Part shown: piece by piece, positions 39,309 through 50,007 of the stretch
Layout of the letters: each line of letters opens with the position of its first letter
Position numbering within the stretch: position 1 is the stretch's first letter
Assembly: GCA_051859245.1 (NCBI GenBank)
Contig: JBHYGA010000001.1
Coordinates: 1,765,506 to 1,829,505, forward strand
Direction of reading: 5' to 3'
DNA from: Gemmatimonadaceae bacterium
GTDB lineage: Bacteria > Gemmatimonadota > Gemmatimonadetes > Gemmatimonadales > Gemmatimonadaceae
DNA: 64,000 bases
Translations under genes and position numbers: made by a program
The notes under the pieces: model-generated
What the model was told of the DNA's origin: nothing
Database searches by the model: none
What the model saw: only the letters and a program-made list of their open reading frames with translations

Positions 39309-40084
39309 CAGAAACCCACGCCGCGTTCGCTGTGCTCAATAAAGTCGAGGAAGCGCGTGACTTCGGGCAGCGCCTCGCATTCGGCGCGCGCGCGCACGAG
39401 TCCTTGCGACACGTTGTGCTCTGAACGGAACAGCAATCGGTACGCGCGCTTGAGCTCCTTGACCACCGGCTCGGCAAAACCGCTACGCTGCAATCCCACG
39501 CTGTTCAAGCCAAACAGTTTGACGGGATTCCCAACCGCCTTCACATACGGCGGGACATCCTGTGCCACGCGCGAGCAGCCGCCAACGAAGGCGTGCGCGC
39601 CGATGCGCACAAACTGATGCGCCGCGCACAAACCTGAAATGGTCGCGCGATCTTCAACCACCACATGCCCCGCCAACTGCGTGCCGTTTGAGATCATCAC
39701 GCCGTCGCCAAGCTGACAATCGTGCGCAAGGTGCACGTAGCTCATCACAAAACAGCCACGTCCAACTTTGGTCACCCAGGAATGCGACGTTGCACGATTG
39801 ATCGTGACGTACTCACGAATTGCGGTATCATCACCAATCTCGACGCGCGTATCTTCACCGCGGTACTTGAGGTCTTGCGGATCGCCGCCCAGCACCGAAC
39901 CAATGCCAACTTTCACGCGCTGACCAAGGGTCACATCGCGCTCCAGTGTCGCACGCGGCGCAATCACGGAACCATCACCAACGACGCATCGCGGACCAAC
40001 GATCGCCCACGCGCCAATCTCCACATCGGCGCCAAGCTCCGCCGACGGGTCAACAAGAGCGCTCGCGTGAATGCGAGCCGTCAT
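39308..40084 (-). CDS. lpxA: Acyl-ACP:UDP-GlcNAc acyltransferase
   Basis: Hexapeptide repeats, PQDLKY, HLAHDC, HQFVRIG, QDVPPY. Confidence 0.97.
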   Translation of the reverse strand: MTARIHASALVDPSAELGADVEIGAWAIVGPRCVVGDGSVIAPRATLERDVTLGQRVKVGIGSVLGGDPQDLKYRGEDTRVEIGDDTAIREYVTINRATSHSWVTKVGRGCFVMSYVHLAHDCQLGDGVMISNGTQLAGHVVVEDRATISGLCAAHQFVRIGAHAFVGGCSRVAQDVPPYVKAVGNPVKLFGLNSVGLQRSGFAEPVVKELKRAYRLLFRSEHNVSQGLVRARAECEALPEVTRFLDFIEHSERGVGF

Positions 40085-41451
40085 CGATCGCGAATCATCG
40101 CAGCCATATCGGCTTGCGCGACGACCTCTCCGTCTACGTATCCCACACCGCGCATCTTGCAGATACTCCCACGCAGCTGCAGCACCTCAAGCTCGAACCG
40201 GATCTGATCGCCTGGCTTGACCGGTCTGCGGAACTTGATGTTATCAAGCGACATGAAGTACACCACCTTGCTGCCCGGGTCTTCAATCGTGCGCATGAGC
40301 AGCATGCCACCAACCTGCGCCATGGCCTCCACAATCAGCACGCCCGGCATGATCGGATGTCCGGGGAAGTGACCCTGAAAGAACGGCTCATTGATCGTGA
40401 CGTTCTTGAGGCCCACGATGCGCTTCCCCTCTTCGATCTCAAGAATGCGATCGACCAGCAGAAACGGATAGCGGTGCGGCAGCACCTGCATGATGTCTTC
40501 GACGGTATACACGGCGGACTCCCGCACAGCGGTGCGAACGAGCTCCCGAACAAACGCGACCGTACCGCGATGACTCGGGCGATGAGCAATGATTTTTGCG
40601 CGCACGCGCGCGCCGGCCAACACCAGATCGCCAACGCAGTCGAGCGCCTTGTGGCGCACAAACTCGTCGGCCCATCGCAGCGGACCACTGCGCAGTCCGT
40701 CTGCATCCAACACCACGGCATTTTCAAGCGACGCACCCTGAATCAGTCCCGCGGCACGCAACGCTTCCACTTCATGCATGAAGCCAAACGTGCGGGCGTG
40801 CGCCAGCTCGCGCGCAAAGAGCGCGGGCGTCACATGATAGACGCCTTCCTGCTCACCGATCAACGGGTGCGGAAAGGCAATCCGAACATCAAGCGACAGA
40901 TCCATGCACGGCTCCGCCTCATACACGGATTCACCGTCGACCACGCGCAGTGGTCGGCGCAAAACCAGCCAATCCGGTCGGCCACCATTGGCCACCACGC
41001 CAGCTTCAGCAAGGGCCGCCAAAAAAGGCGCCGCGCTGCCATCCATGATCGGCGGCTCGGACGCGTCCATCACGATTTCCAGATCGTCAATGCAGAGCGC
41101 ACCAACGGCCGCGAGCACATGCTCGACCGTGTGCAGTGCCGACACGCCGGTGCCGAGTTGCGTTCGGCGCTCGGCTTCTACGGCAACGCGCACCAGCGCC
41201 GGGATCGGCGCCGCGTCGGGCTGATCGGAGCGCACGAACACCACGCCAGTGCCCGTGGCCGCCGGACGAAACTCAAGCCGACACGGCTGACCGAGATGCA
41301 AGCCGATGCCCGACACCGCAATCGCGCGGGCAATCGTGCGGCGCTGACCCGTAATCGGAAGCGGAGGCAGCGGTACGGTCCACAGGTCGGTGAGGTCGTC
41401 TGCGACGGACGCTGGCGACGTACGGCCAACCGGCGAGAGCGTTGCGGTCAT
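40081..41451 (-). CDS. lpxC: Bifunctional LpxC deacetylase / FabZ dehydratase fusion
   Basis: TVEH, ARTFGF, HKALD.VGDL (LpxC) then [31 protein letters not shown] (FabZ) in one ORF. Confidence 0.96.
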   Translation of the reverse strand: MTATLSPVGRTSPASVADDLTDLWTVPLPPLPITGQRRTIARAIAVSGIGLHLGQPCRLEFRPAATGTGVVFVRSDQPDAAPIPALVRVAVEAERRTQLGTGVSALHTVEHVLAAVGALCIDDLEIVMDASEPPIMDGSAAPFLAALAEAGVVANGGRPDWLVLRRPLRVVDGESVYEAEPCMDLSLDVRIAFPHPLIGEQEGVYHVTPALFARELAHARTFGFMHEVEALRAAGLIQGASLENAVVLDADGLRSGPLRWADEFVRHKALDCVGDLVLAGARVRAKIIAHRPSHRGTVAFVRELVRTAVRESAVYTVEDIMQVLPHRYPFLLVDRILEIEEGKRIVGLKNVTINEPFFQGHFPGHPIMPGVLIVEAMAQVGGMLLMRTIEDPGSKVVYFMSLDNIKFRRPVKPGDQIRFELEVLQLRGSICKMRGVGYVDGEVVAQADMAAMIRDR

Positions 41452-42626
41452 GTGTTCGGAGATTCGTGAGTGCGCGCGGGATCGGTACTGACGCTTGAAT
41501 CTGCGTGAGTCGCCGCTGTTTTGCGCGGTGCCACGACATCAGAGACGCCGGAATCTGGTGTGGGAGCCACACGCGCGACCAACTGCTCGATCGGGCGCAG
41601 CACCGCCGCCAGCCGATGCAGCGCCGCCGACGCACGCATTTGCTCCCGATGCGGACGCGCCGGATACCCGGACCACGTTTCGCCGCGTGGCACGTTGCCT
41701 ACGACGCCCGCCTGCGCGGCCAGCGTACTCCCGGCGCCAATCGTGAGGTGACCGCCAATGCCAACCTGTCCACCCAACTGCACGCCGTCTTCAATTCGCG
41801 TAGAACCGGCGATGCCAACCTGACTGGCGATCATGCACCCGCGACCGATACGCACATTGTGCGCAACCTGCACCAGGCTATCAATCTTGGTGCCATCGCC
41901 AACGATTGTATCGTCGATGCTGCCGCGATCCACGCAGCTGTTCGCGCCGATTTCGACATCATTGCCGATCACGCACCGTCCAACGTGCGGAATGCGATGT
42001 GCGGCGCCGTTGCGCGGCACCCAGCCGAACCCTTCACGACCAACGCGCGCGCCGGCGTGCAGTACGACTCGCTCGCCAAGCTCGCAGTACGGATAACACA
42101 CCGCGTGCGAATGCAGGCGCGAATCGGCGCCAATCACAGAGCCTTGCTCCACGACCACATGCGCACCGAGCCACACACGATCACCAAGCACGACGCCCGA
42201 GCCGACAATCGCGTACGCATCGATGGTCACATCGGCACCGAGCACGGCGTCAGGTGCCACAATCGCCGTGGGATGCACACCAGCAGGCCGACGTGATGTG
42301 CGATGAAAAAGCGGTAACACCAGCAGCAACGCTTCCATCGGCTTGGCCACCACGATGCGCGCCGACGGATTGCCCGGGAGCGACGCAAACTCCGCCGACA
42401 ACAACACGACACCCGCGCGCGTATCGCGATACCACGCGCCGTACCGCGCGTGCGAGAGCATGCTCATCTGATCGCCGGCTGCGCGATCGAGCGCGGCCAC
42501 GCCACGCACGACCGTGTTGCCGTCTCCGATCAGCTCGCCACCCACAAGGGCCGCAATAGCCGAGGCGGTGACGGGCTCCTGCCCGTCACCGCCGTCACGT
42601 CCAGCTGAAGACGCGATCAAACTCAC
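41448..42626 (-). CDS. lpxD: UDP-3-O-acyl-glucosamine N-acyltransferase
   Basis: EGFG, EIGANSCVDRG, KIDSLVQVAHNV, GYPARP. Confidence 0.96.
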   Translation of the reverse strand: MSLIASSAGRDGGDGQEPVTASAIAALVGGELIGDGNTVVRGVAALDRAAGDQMSMLSHARYGAWYRDTRAGVVLLSAEFASLPGNPSARIVVAKPMEALLLVLPLFHRTSRRPAGVHPTAIVAPDAVLGADVTIDAYAIVGSGVVLGDRVWLGAHVVVEQGSVIGADSRLHSHAVCYPYCELGERVVLHAGARVGREGFGWVPRNGAAHRIPHVGRCVIGNDVEIGANSCVDRGSIDDTIVGDGTKIDSLVQVAHNVRIGRGCMIASQVGIAGSTRIEDGVQLGGQVGIGGHLTIGAGSTLAAQAGVVGNVPRGETWSGYPARPHREQMRASAALHRLAAVLRPIEQLVARVAPTPDSGVSDVVAPRKTAATHADSSVSTDPARTHESPNT

Positions 42627-43231
42627 CGCGTAGGCGGCGTCCGAACCGGCGGCCGAGCCTGAACTCCGGCCGGACGCGTTGTCGGGCCGGCCGGCGTCGG
42701 CGCAGCCTTCGGCATCGTGCGCAGTTTCGCGACGACTCGTTCCGTGATATCGAGATTCTTGTCGGCCGCTACGATGAACGATGAGTTGGCCACGTCAAAA
42801 ATGAACGAGTATCCGCCCTCAATGCGCATGTCATCGAGCGCCTTGCGCACATTGTCCATGATCGGCTGCATCAGCTCGAACTGACGTGCTTCCGCCTGCT
42901 CATTGAGCTTCTGCGCACGCTCTTCAAAGCTGGTTTTCTGCTCGGTGAGCGTTTTGAGACGCGCTTCGCGCGCCGTGGGGCTCAGCGCCGCCGCCTCTTT
43001 CGTGTAGGCCGCTTCGAGCAGTCCAAGTGAATCACCAAGCTGCTGCACCTGACCGCGCAGTGATTCCACTTCCTTCTGGAACTGCGCCTGTGCTTCTGTG
43101 GCGCCCGGTGCCGACTGCAGAATGAGCTGAGTATTGACGAAGGCGAACTTCTGCGCACCCGCCTGGGCGTGCGCCGAGGCCGGCACGAGAATCGCGAGCG
43201 CAAGCGCGCTACGGAACATCATGGAACGCAT
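42623..43231 (-). CDS. skp: OmpH/Skp periplasmic chaperone
   Basis: Signal peptide, KFAFVN, coiled coil, DITERV; bamA-skp-lpxD synteny. Confidence 0.9.
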   Translation of the reverse strand: MRSMMFRSALALAILVPASAHAQAGAQKFAFVNTQLILQSAPGATEAQAQFQKEVESLRGQVQQLGDSLGLLEAAYTKEAAALSPTAREARLKTLTEQKTSFEERAQKLNEQAEARQFELMQPIMDNVRKALDDMRIEGGYSFIFDVANSSFIVAADKNLDITERVVAKLRTMPKAAPTPAGPTTRPAGVQARPPVRTPPTR

Positions 43232-43243
43232 CTGGTTGCCTGC

Positions 43244-45727
43244 CTAGAAAAGCTGTCCGAGCCGGAAATGAAACTGCCACCGCGGGTCCGGCCGCACGCG
43301 GAGGGTAGACGGATCGACCGCGACGCGATCGAATCCGTACGCCAAATCGAGCCCGAGCGGCCCGAGGGGTGTCACGGTTGATACACCAACGCCCGCCGAA
43401 CGGAACAGGCGCGTTGGGTTGAACTGTCGTGCAGACGCCCAGTTGTTACCGGCGTCGAAGAACGTATTGATGTACAACATCTGGCTCACACGCAAACCCA
43501 GTTCGCCCGACATTGTGAAGAACGCATTACCAAACGACTCAGGCTCCGACGAGAACTGACCGGTATTCGGATTGAAGCCGCGCGGCGTAATGGAGAACTC
43601 GGGATAACCACGCAACACCTGTCCGAACTGCACACCACCAACCGCAAACTGCTGCTGGAAGAAGAACGGTCCGGAGTTACCGAACAAGGTACCCGCCTTG
43701 GCCGACAGACCCAACAGGATCGGCAGCGGCTGCGAGCCCGGTGACTTGCCGCCGATTTGCGCGAGCTGCGTGTACGACTTCATCTCGCCAGTGTAGCGCT
43801 GGAAGTTCACCGTGCCACCAAGCGGTCCACCGCTGAAGTCTGCGGTGAGCGACCGAAGCGAACCGGTGAACGGGAACGGCATACCCAGGCGATTGTCAAA
43901 CGTGTAGTCAAAGCCAAGGCTGGACCGGAAACAGTCACGCGAGCACTGCCCGGCAATCTGTCCCTGCGTAAACGTGGCCGACTCCGCGCCGTACGTGACG
44001 GAGAGCGCCGAGTTGTACGACCACGGCACCGGGAAGCCCAAACGGAACTGTGCACCGGTCCGAATGTTCTGTCCAAGATTGCCAACCACGAAGCGCGACT
44101 GCGTGCGATACGCACTGACCGTGCCTGACGTTCGTGTGCGACGCAGCGCCGGATCCTGATACGTGAGCGTGAAGTCGTTGAAGAAGCGACCGTACTGCCA
44201 GTTCAAGGACCCGCGCTTGCATTGGCCGAACAGATTGGGCTGCTCAAGATTGATGAAGCCACCAAAGCCCACGCCGCCCTGGCCCATGGAGGCACCAAAG
44301 CCCACGCTGCCGGTGCGCTTTTCCTTCACCGTAAAGATCAGATCAACATCGCCGGCGTCGTTCACCGTCTTCGTGGACGGCGTGGCCATGGGCGACTCGA
44401 AGAACCCAAGATTCTGAATCTGCTGATAGCTGTTGATCAGCGCCGTCTGATTGAACACACCACCCGGAACAAGCACAATCGCGCGACGAATACAATCTTC
44501 CGACGTGTAGTCGTTGCCCACGATTTCAATGCGGTTCACAATCGCGGGTGTGCGTTCATCGACTTCCCACCGCAGATTCACCACGGGGATGGAATCTTCG
44601 GTCACACTACGTTCGATCACGGGATAGACGTTCGCGTAGATGTAGCCACGATCCGCGTACATGCTGCGCGCTTCCTGTGTGGCCTTCTCAAACTTCTCCG
44701 CGTCGAACACACCTTCTTCAGCGCGCTTTTCGCGTCGCACCAGAGAAAACAGCCGTTGACGCAGCGATCGGCCCGCACCGCTCGCGCGGTACATACCATC
44801 CAGCACGTCGGTTGGCACGACGCGGTTGCCCGTGATACCAAAGTCGCCAATGCGATACTGCGGGCCTTCATCGATCGTGATGCGCAGCTTGCCTTTGCCG
44901 AGCTCCGGATCCACGAGCAACGTATCGTCGAGCACGCGCGCGTCGATGTACCCCAGTCGTGCGTAGAGTGACGGAATGCGTTCGCCAAGATCTCCGGCGT
45001 ACTTTTCTTCGTCAAACTCACCCTTTCGGAAGAAGAAAAACCCTTCCGGTTTGGTCTGCATGACCGAGGCGACTTCCTTGGGCTTCACGCCTTCGGTGCC
45101 GCTGAACTCGAGACCCGAGATCGCGAGTCGACGTCCTTCGTCAATCCGGAACGTGATGCCGAGCCGACCGTCGGTCATCTCGGTGGTATCGGGCGTAATC
45201 GTGGCCAGATAGTATCCGGCCGATTTGTACATGGAATCAATGCGAGCACGCGAGGTCGCGATCTCGGCGGGATCCACGGGGCGACCGATCAGCAGCGAGA
45301 CCTTATCGCGCACACTGCGCGCAGAGAGCGCCTTCACGCCTGTGACGTTGACATCACCAAGCAGCGCGCGCTCACTCAGGTTGTACACGATCAGCGCTTT
45401 GCCCGGCACCGCCTCGAGGTCGCAGGAGATGCCCACGTCGTGAAACTGACCGAGCGCGAAGATGTTCTTGATCGCGGTCTGCAGCACCTGAAAGTTGAGG
45501 CGCTCGCCAACGCGCAGTCCGCCCTCGCCGCGCACGACGGCCTCGCCAACACGATTGAGCCCGCGCACCGCGATCGAATCGGGTGTCGCGCAGCGTCCAG
45601 CGAGCTGTTGCTCGGGGTCCTGCGCGGCCAGCCCTTTGGGCAGAACCGCAGCACAGGCGAGCACTGTCAACGCATGCAATACGCACCGGTGAACCGGGCG
45701 CCACGACCTAAGCAGCACAGGAGGCAC
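43244..45727 (-). CDS. bamA: Outer membrane protein assembly factor BamA
   Basis: POTRA repeats, VKEKRTG, LRGY motif, TPLGPLGLD, C-terminal Phe. Confidence 0.95.
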   Translation of the reverse strand: MPPVLLRSWRPVHRCVLHALTVLACAAVLPKGLAAQDPEQQLAGRCATPDSIAVRGLNRVGEAVVRGEGGLRVGERLNFQVLQTAIKNIFALGQFHDVGISCDLEAVPGKALIVYNLSERALLGDVNVTGVKALSARSVRDKVSLLIGRPVDPAEIATSRARIDSMYKSAGYYLATITPDTTEMTDGRLGITFRIDEGRRLAISGLEFSGTEGVKPKEVASVMQTKPEGFFFFRKGEFDEEKYAGDLGERIPSLYARLGYIDARVLDDTLLVDPELGKGKLRITIDEGPQYRIGDFGITGNRVVPTDVLDGMYRASGAGRSLRQRLFSLVRREKRAEEGVFDAEKFEKATQEARSMYADRGYIYANVYPVIERSVTEDSIPVVNLRWEVDERTPAIVNRIEIVGNDYTSEDCIRRAIVLVPGGVFNQTALINSYQQIQNLGFFESPMATPSTKTVNDAGDVDLIFTVKEKRTGSVGFGASMGQGGVGFGGFINLEQPNLFGQCKRGSLNWQYGRFFNDFTLTYQDPALRRTRTSGTVSAYRTQSRFVVGNLGQNIRTGAQFRLGFPVPWSYNSALSVTYGAESATFTQGQIAGQCSRDCFRSSLGFDYTFDNRLGMPFPFTGSLRSLTADFSGGPLGGTVNFQRYTGEMKSYTQLAQIGGKSPGSQPLPILLGLSAKAGTLFGNSGPFFFQQQFAVGGVQFGQVLRGYPEFSITPRGFNPNTGQFSSEPESFGNAFFTMSGELGLRVSQMLYINTFFDAGNNWASARQFNPTRLFRSAGVGVSTVTPLGPLGLDLAYGFDRVAVDPSTLRVRPDPRWQFHFRLGQLF

Positions 45728-45831
45728 AGTTAGTGGGAAAGAGGGTCCGACGGTTTGACACCGGGAGTCACGGGATGGTGCCCGCCGAATCGGTCCCTCA
45801 CGCGTTCAGCCTCACAATATAACGAAGCACA

Positions 45832-45872
45832 ACGCCGGCCGGACCCTCAAGGGATCCGGCCGGCGTCTTTTT
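45832..45872. terminator. Strong hairpin between clpC and bamA
   Basis: ACGCCGGCCGGA/TCCGGCCGGCGT inverted repeat; T5 tract on the + side, weaker TGTGCTT on the - side. Confidence 0.6.
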
Positions 45873-45883
45873 GCGCAGTCCGA

Positions 45884-48397
45884 CTACGGCTGCGGTGTGG
45901 GCGTGGGCGACGAAACGCGGAACTCCAGCTTGTCCTTCTCCGTGCCGGTGTCCACGAGGATCTCATCTCCCTTTGAGAACTCCCGCATGAGAATCTTCTC
46001 GGAGAGCGGATCCTCGATGTACCGCTGAATCGCCCGCTTGAGCGGTCGGGCGCCAAAATGCTCGTCCGTGCCGTGGTTCACCAGGAAGTCGGTGGCCGCC
46101 TCAGTGAGCGTGATCTTGATTTCTTCTTCATCCAGGCGCTTCTGCACCTCGCGGAACAGAATGCTGACAATCTTGGCGATGTGTTCTTTCACCAGCGGGT
46201 GGAAGACGATCACATCATCGAGACGATTGAGGAACTCCGGATTAAACACCCGGGCCATCTCCTCTTTCACCTTGTCCGAAATGCGCTCGAAATCCGCCTG
46301 CGCATCGGCCGCACCAAAGCCCAGTGACCGATTCCGCGTGATGTCTTTGGCGCCCACGTTGGACGTCATGATCACCACCGTGTTCTTGAAGTCGATCACG
46401 CGACCGTAGTTGTCGGTGAGATGTCCTTCATCCAGCACTTGCAGCAGGATGTTGAACACATCCGGATGCGCCTTTTCGATTTCGTCGAGCAACACCACGC
46501 TGTACGGCTTGCGACGAATCGCCTTGGTGAGCGTACCCGAATCTTCGTAGCCCACGTAGCCCGGTGGCGCGCCAATGAGACGCGACACGGAGAACTTCTC
46601 CATGTACTCGCTCATGTCCACGCGAATGAGCGCCGTGGGATCAGCAAAGAGGAATCGCGCCAGCGCCCGGGCGAGCTCAGTCTTGCCGACGCCCGTGGGC
46701 CCCGAGAAGATGAACGAACCGATCGGACGACGCGGATCCTTGAGCCCCGCACGACTGCGACGGATCGACCGCGCCAGCGCCTTGATGGCCTCGTCCTGGC
46801 CCACCACGGTGCCATGCAGCTCTTCTTCCATGCGCAGCAGACGCGAGGTCTCCGCTTCCTGCAAACGCGTGACGGGAATGCCCGTCCAGCGGCTCACGAT
46901 GAACGCGATTTCTTCTTCACCCAACTCAGGGCGATGCGACTGACGACGCAGCTCCCACTCTTCCTGCTTCTTGCGAATCTCACCCTGCAGTTCGCGTTCC
47001 GTATCGCGCAGCGCCGCCGCACGCTCGAAGTTCTGATCACGCACGGCCGCATCCTTCTCCGTGTTGATCCCTTCGAGCTGCTCCTTGAGTGCTGACACTT
47101 CCGGTGGCGGCGCCTGAGCCGCCAGTCGCGCGCGTGCACCAGCTTCATCGATCACGTCGATCGCTTTGTCCGGCAGGAAACGATCGGTGATGTAACGCTC
47201 CGACAGCTTCGCGGCCGCAACGAGTGTGGCATCGGGGATGTTCACACGGTGGTGATCTTCGTACTTCTTGCGCAGTCCTTGCAGGATCTGCACCGTCTCG
47301 TCGATTGAAGGCGGCTCAACCACAACCGTCTGAAAGCGACGCTCCAGCGCGCCGTCCTTTTCGATGTACTTGCGATATTCGTTGAGCGTAGACGCACCAA
47401 CGCACTGCAGTTCGCCGCGCGCGAGCGCCGGCTTGAGCATGTTGCTCGCGTCAATCGCGCCTTCAGCCGCACCCGCACCAACCAACGTGTGCAACTCGTC
47501 AATGAACAAGATGATCTGCTTGTTCTGCGCGATTTCATTCATCACGGCCTTCAGGCGCTCTTCGAACTGACCGCGATACTTGGTGCCCGCAATAACGGCC
47601 GCCATGTCGAGCGACAGCACGCGATGATCACGCAGCGGCTCCGGACAGTCGCCGGTGGCGATGATCTGCGCGAGTCCTTCCACGATGGCCGTTTTGCCGA
47701 CACCGGGCTCACCAATGAGCACGGGATTGTTCTTCTTGCGGCGCGACAACACCTCGACCACGCGCTCGATTTCCTTGGCGCGGCCAATCGTGGGGTCGAG
47801 CTGACCTTCCATCGCCAGGGCCGTGAGGTCTCGGCAGAAATGGTCAAGCGCCGGCGTCTTGGACTTTTTGTCGCCCTTGGCGGGCGCCGATGAGGGCGGA
47901 ATCGCACCGGACTTTTCGCCCGCCGACGCGCCTGCGGTGCCACCCTGCGGCATCTCGGTGCCGAGCAAGCGCAACGTTTCCGTACGCGCGGCATCGAGAT
48001 TCACGCCCGCATCCGTGAGCACTTGCGCCGCAATCCCCTTCTCTTCGCGTAGCAATCCGAGCAGCAGATGCTCAGTGCCAACGTACGAGTGATTGAGGTC
48101 GCGCGCTTCAGCCATCGCAAGCTCAAGGACCTTCTTGGCGCGCGAGGTATACGGCAAATCCGGGCCGGTGGCCGTGGCCGCCTTGCCCTTCTTCACGGTG
48201 TCCTCAATGCGCTGCTGAACCTCGTCGAGATCGACATTCAGGTTCTGCAACACGGCAGCCGCGACGCCTTCGCCTTCGCGAATGAGGCCGAGCAGGATGT
48301 GCTCCGTTCCGACGTACTCGTGATGCAGACGCGCTGCTTCTTCGCGAGCCATCGCGAGCACTTTTCGTACGCGCTCAGTGAAGTTATAACCGTTCAT
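45884..48397 (-). CDS. clpC: ATP-dependent Clp protease ATPase ClpC
   Basis: Two Clp_N repeats, two AAA+ modules ([16 protein letters not shown]), UVR-type middle domain, LGF ClpP-docking loop. Confidence 0.96.
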   Translation of the reverse strand: MNGYNFTERVRKVLAMAREEAARLHHEYVGTEHILLGLIREGEGVAAAVLQNLNVDLDEVQQRIEDTVKKGKAATATGPDLPYTSRAKKVLELAMAEARDLNHSYVGTEHLLLGLLREEKGIAAQVLTDAGVNLDAARTETLRLLGTEMPQGGTAGASAGEKSGAIPPSSAPAKGDKKSKTPALDHFCRDLTALAMEGQLDPTIGRAKEIERVVEVLSRRKKNNPVLIGEPGVGKTAIVEGLAQIIATGDCPEPLRDHRVLSLDMAAVIAGTKYRGQFEERLKAVMNEIAQNKQIILFIDELHTLVGAGAAEGAIDASNMLKPALARGELQCVGASTLNEYRKYIEKDGALERRFQTVVVEPPSIDETVQILQGLRKKYEDHHRVNIPDATLVAAAKLSERYITDRFLPDKAIDVIDEAGARARLAAQAPPPEVSALKEQLEGINTEKDAAVRDQNFERAAALRDTERELQGEIRKKQEEWELRRQSHRPELGEEEIAFIVSRWTGIPVTRLQEAETSRLLRMEEELHGTVVGQDEAIKALARSIRRSRAGLKDPRRPIGSFIFSGPTGVGKTELARALARFLFADPTALIRVDMSEYMEKFSVSRLIGAPPGYVGYEDSGTLTKAIRRKPYSVVLLDEIEKAHPDVFNILLQVLDEGHLTDNYGRVIDFKNTVVIMTSNVGAKDITRNRSLGFGAADAQADFERISDKVKEEMARVFNPEFLNRLDDVIVFHPLVKEHIAKIVSILFREVQKRLDEEEIKITLTEAATDFLVNHGTDEHFGARPLKRAIQRYIEDPLSEKILMREFSKGDEILVDTGTEKDKLEFRVSSPTPTPQP

Positions 48398-48424
48398 CGT
48401 TTCCTCAGCCCAGGGCCGGAGCGG

Positions 48425-49519
48425 TCACTCGACGCCACTCCCCTCCGTCGCGAGCACCTGCCGCACATATCGTGCACGGGCCAGGTTGCTCTCGCTATCT
48501 GTCAGCGCGCGCCCTTCGAGATGAGCAAGATGCGCTGACTGCGCAAAGATCAGGAGCTTGTTGAGCGTGTATACACTGAGCCCGGGGATCAGTTTCAGAC
48601 CGACTCCCAGGCGAACACCACTGAGGAAATTCATAGCTTCATCGAACGACAAACTGCGTGCAAACCGCAACGTGCCATACGCGCGCCACAACTTGTCCTC
48701 AATAATATACCCGGCATCACGCACCAATACACGCCGAGCCTCCTCTTCTCGCTCGATCACGTGGCGAACCACGCGCACCAGCAAGTCCTGCAGTTCTTCT
48801 TCCGACCGGCCAAGCGTGGTCTGATTGGACAGCTGAAAGAAGTTCCCCACTACTTCACTACCCTCTCCGTACAACCCGCGGTACGTCAATCCCATCTGCT
48901 GCAAACCGGCCAGCACTTTCCCAATTTCCTTGGTCAGCACCAAACCAGGCAAGTGAATCAACACCGACGCGCGCAATCCCGTGCCCACATTCGTAGGACA
49001 CGCGGTGAGGTATCCGAATTCCTTGTGAAACGCAAACGGCACACGCGCACCAAGCTCCTGATCCATCCGGGATGCCATGGCAAACGCCGCCGGCACATCG
49101 AACCCGCTGCGCATGGCCTGCAAGCGCAGATGGTCCTCCTCATTCACAAGGACGCCTACCTGCTCGCCGAGAAACACGGCGGCCCCGGTGCGCAGCGGGT
49201 GCTGCGCGTCAAGACCGGCCAGCTCCTTGGAGACGAGGTGCCGCTCGTGGAGCAACTGACGGTCCAGCGGGCCCGATTCATCGAGGCGTAGCAGCACACT
49301 TCCGTCGAGAATCGGGACATGCGCGAGCGCTTCCCGAACCTGCGCCAGCATGCGCAAACGCTCGCCGTCCCGGGCTCGGGCCGTAAACGCGTAGCCGACG
49401 ACGTTGCGCGCGAGGCGAAGCCGTGTGGAAATGACGATATCGGCGTTCGGACCGGACGCATCCAGCCAACGCACGCCGCCATCGGGCAGTAGCGACAGAT
49501 CCAGCGGTGGGCGGCGCAT
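48425..49519 (-). CDS. mcsB: Protein arginine kinase McsB
   Basis: STRLRLARN, NEEDH, GYLTACPTNVGTGLRASV, RGLYGEGS, SNQTTLG. Confidence 0.95.
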   Translation of the reverse strand: MRRPPLDLSLLPDGGVRWLDASGPNADIVISTRLRLARNVVGYAFTARARDGERLRMLAQVREALAHVPILDGSVLLRLDESGPLDRQLLHERHLVSKELAGLDAQHPLRTGAAVFLGEQVGVLVNEEDHLRLQAMRSGFDVPAAFAMASRMDQELGARVPFAFHKEFGYLTACPTNVGTGLRASVLIHLPGLVLTKEIGKVLAGLQQMGLTYRGLYGEGSEVVGNFFQLSNQTTLGRSEEELQDLLVRVVRHVIEREEEARRVLVRDAGYIIEDKLWRAYGTLRFARSLSFDEAMNFLSGVRLGVGLKLIPGLSVYTLNKLLIFAQSAHLAHLEGRALTDSESNLARARYVRQVLATEGSGVE

Positions 49520-50007
49520 TATTCCATCACCCGCAACTTGTCCCGCAGCTCGGCGGCCAGTTCAAACTGCTCGGCATCCACCGCGCGCTGCAACTTGTCG
49601 CGCAACTCTGTTCGCACATCCACCTCGGCGAGAGTTTCCGGACGCGGCGCATCATAACGTCGACCCACGTGCTTGCTGCTTCCGTGCAACCGACGCAACA
49701 GCTCGCGCAGGCTCGATTCCATGGAGTCGTAGCAATGCGCGCAACCCAAACGCCCCGTCGCGCGGAAATCGCGCGCGGTGGCGCCACAAAACGCACACAC
49801 CGCCGCATCGGTAGCTGCAGCCGGCGAGGCCTGACTCTGCACCGCCTGCAAAATCTCGCCAAGCGGATGTTGCGGGAGGGCAATGGTGGTTTCAACGCCC
49901 TTTTCGGCGGCGCACTTTTCGCAGAGATGCAACTGCGTCACCGCGTTGTCGACGATGCGCGTGAGGTGCACAACGGCGTCTCGTTCCTTGCAGTGATCGC
50001 ACAACAT
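49519..50007 (-). CDS. mcsA: McsA activator (CxxC motifs plus UVR domain)
   Basis: Four CxxC motifs, GRLGC..CY, EQFELAAELRD. Confidence 0.95.
   Translation of the reverse strand: MLCDHCKERDAVVHLTRIVDNAVTQLHLCEKCAAEKGVETTIALPQHPLGEILQAVQSQASPAAATDAAVCAFCGATARDFRATGRLGCAHCYDSMESSLRELLRRLHGSSKHVGRRYDAPRPETLAEVDVRTELRDKLQRAVDAEQFELAAELRDKLRVME

Noticed and set aside
44812..44830. Sigma-54 -24/-12-like motif TGGCAC...TTGC
   Set aside because: Wrong spacing, and it lies antisense inside bamA. No convincing sigma-54 promoter was found by eye in intergenic regions.
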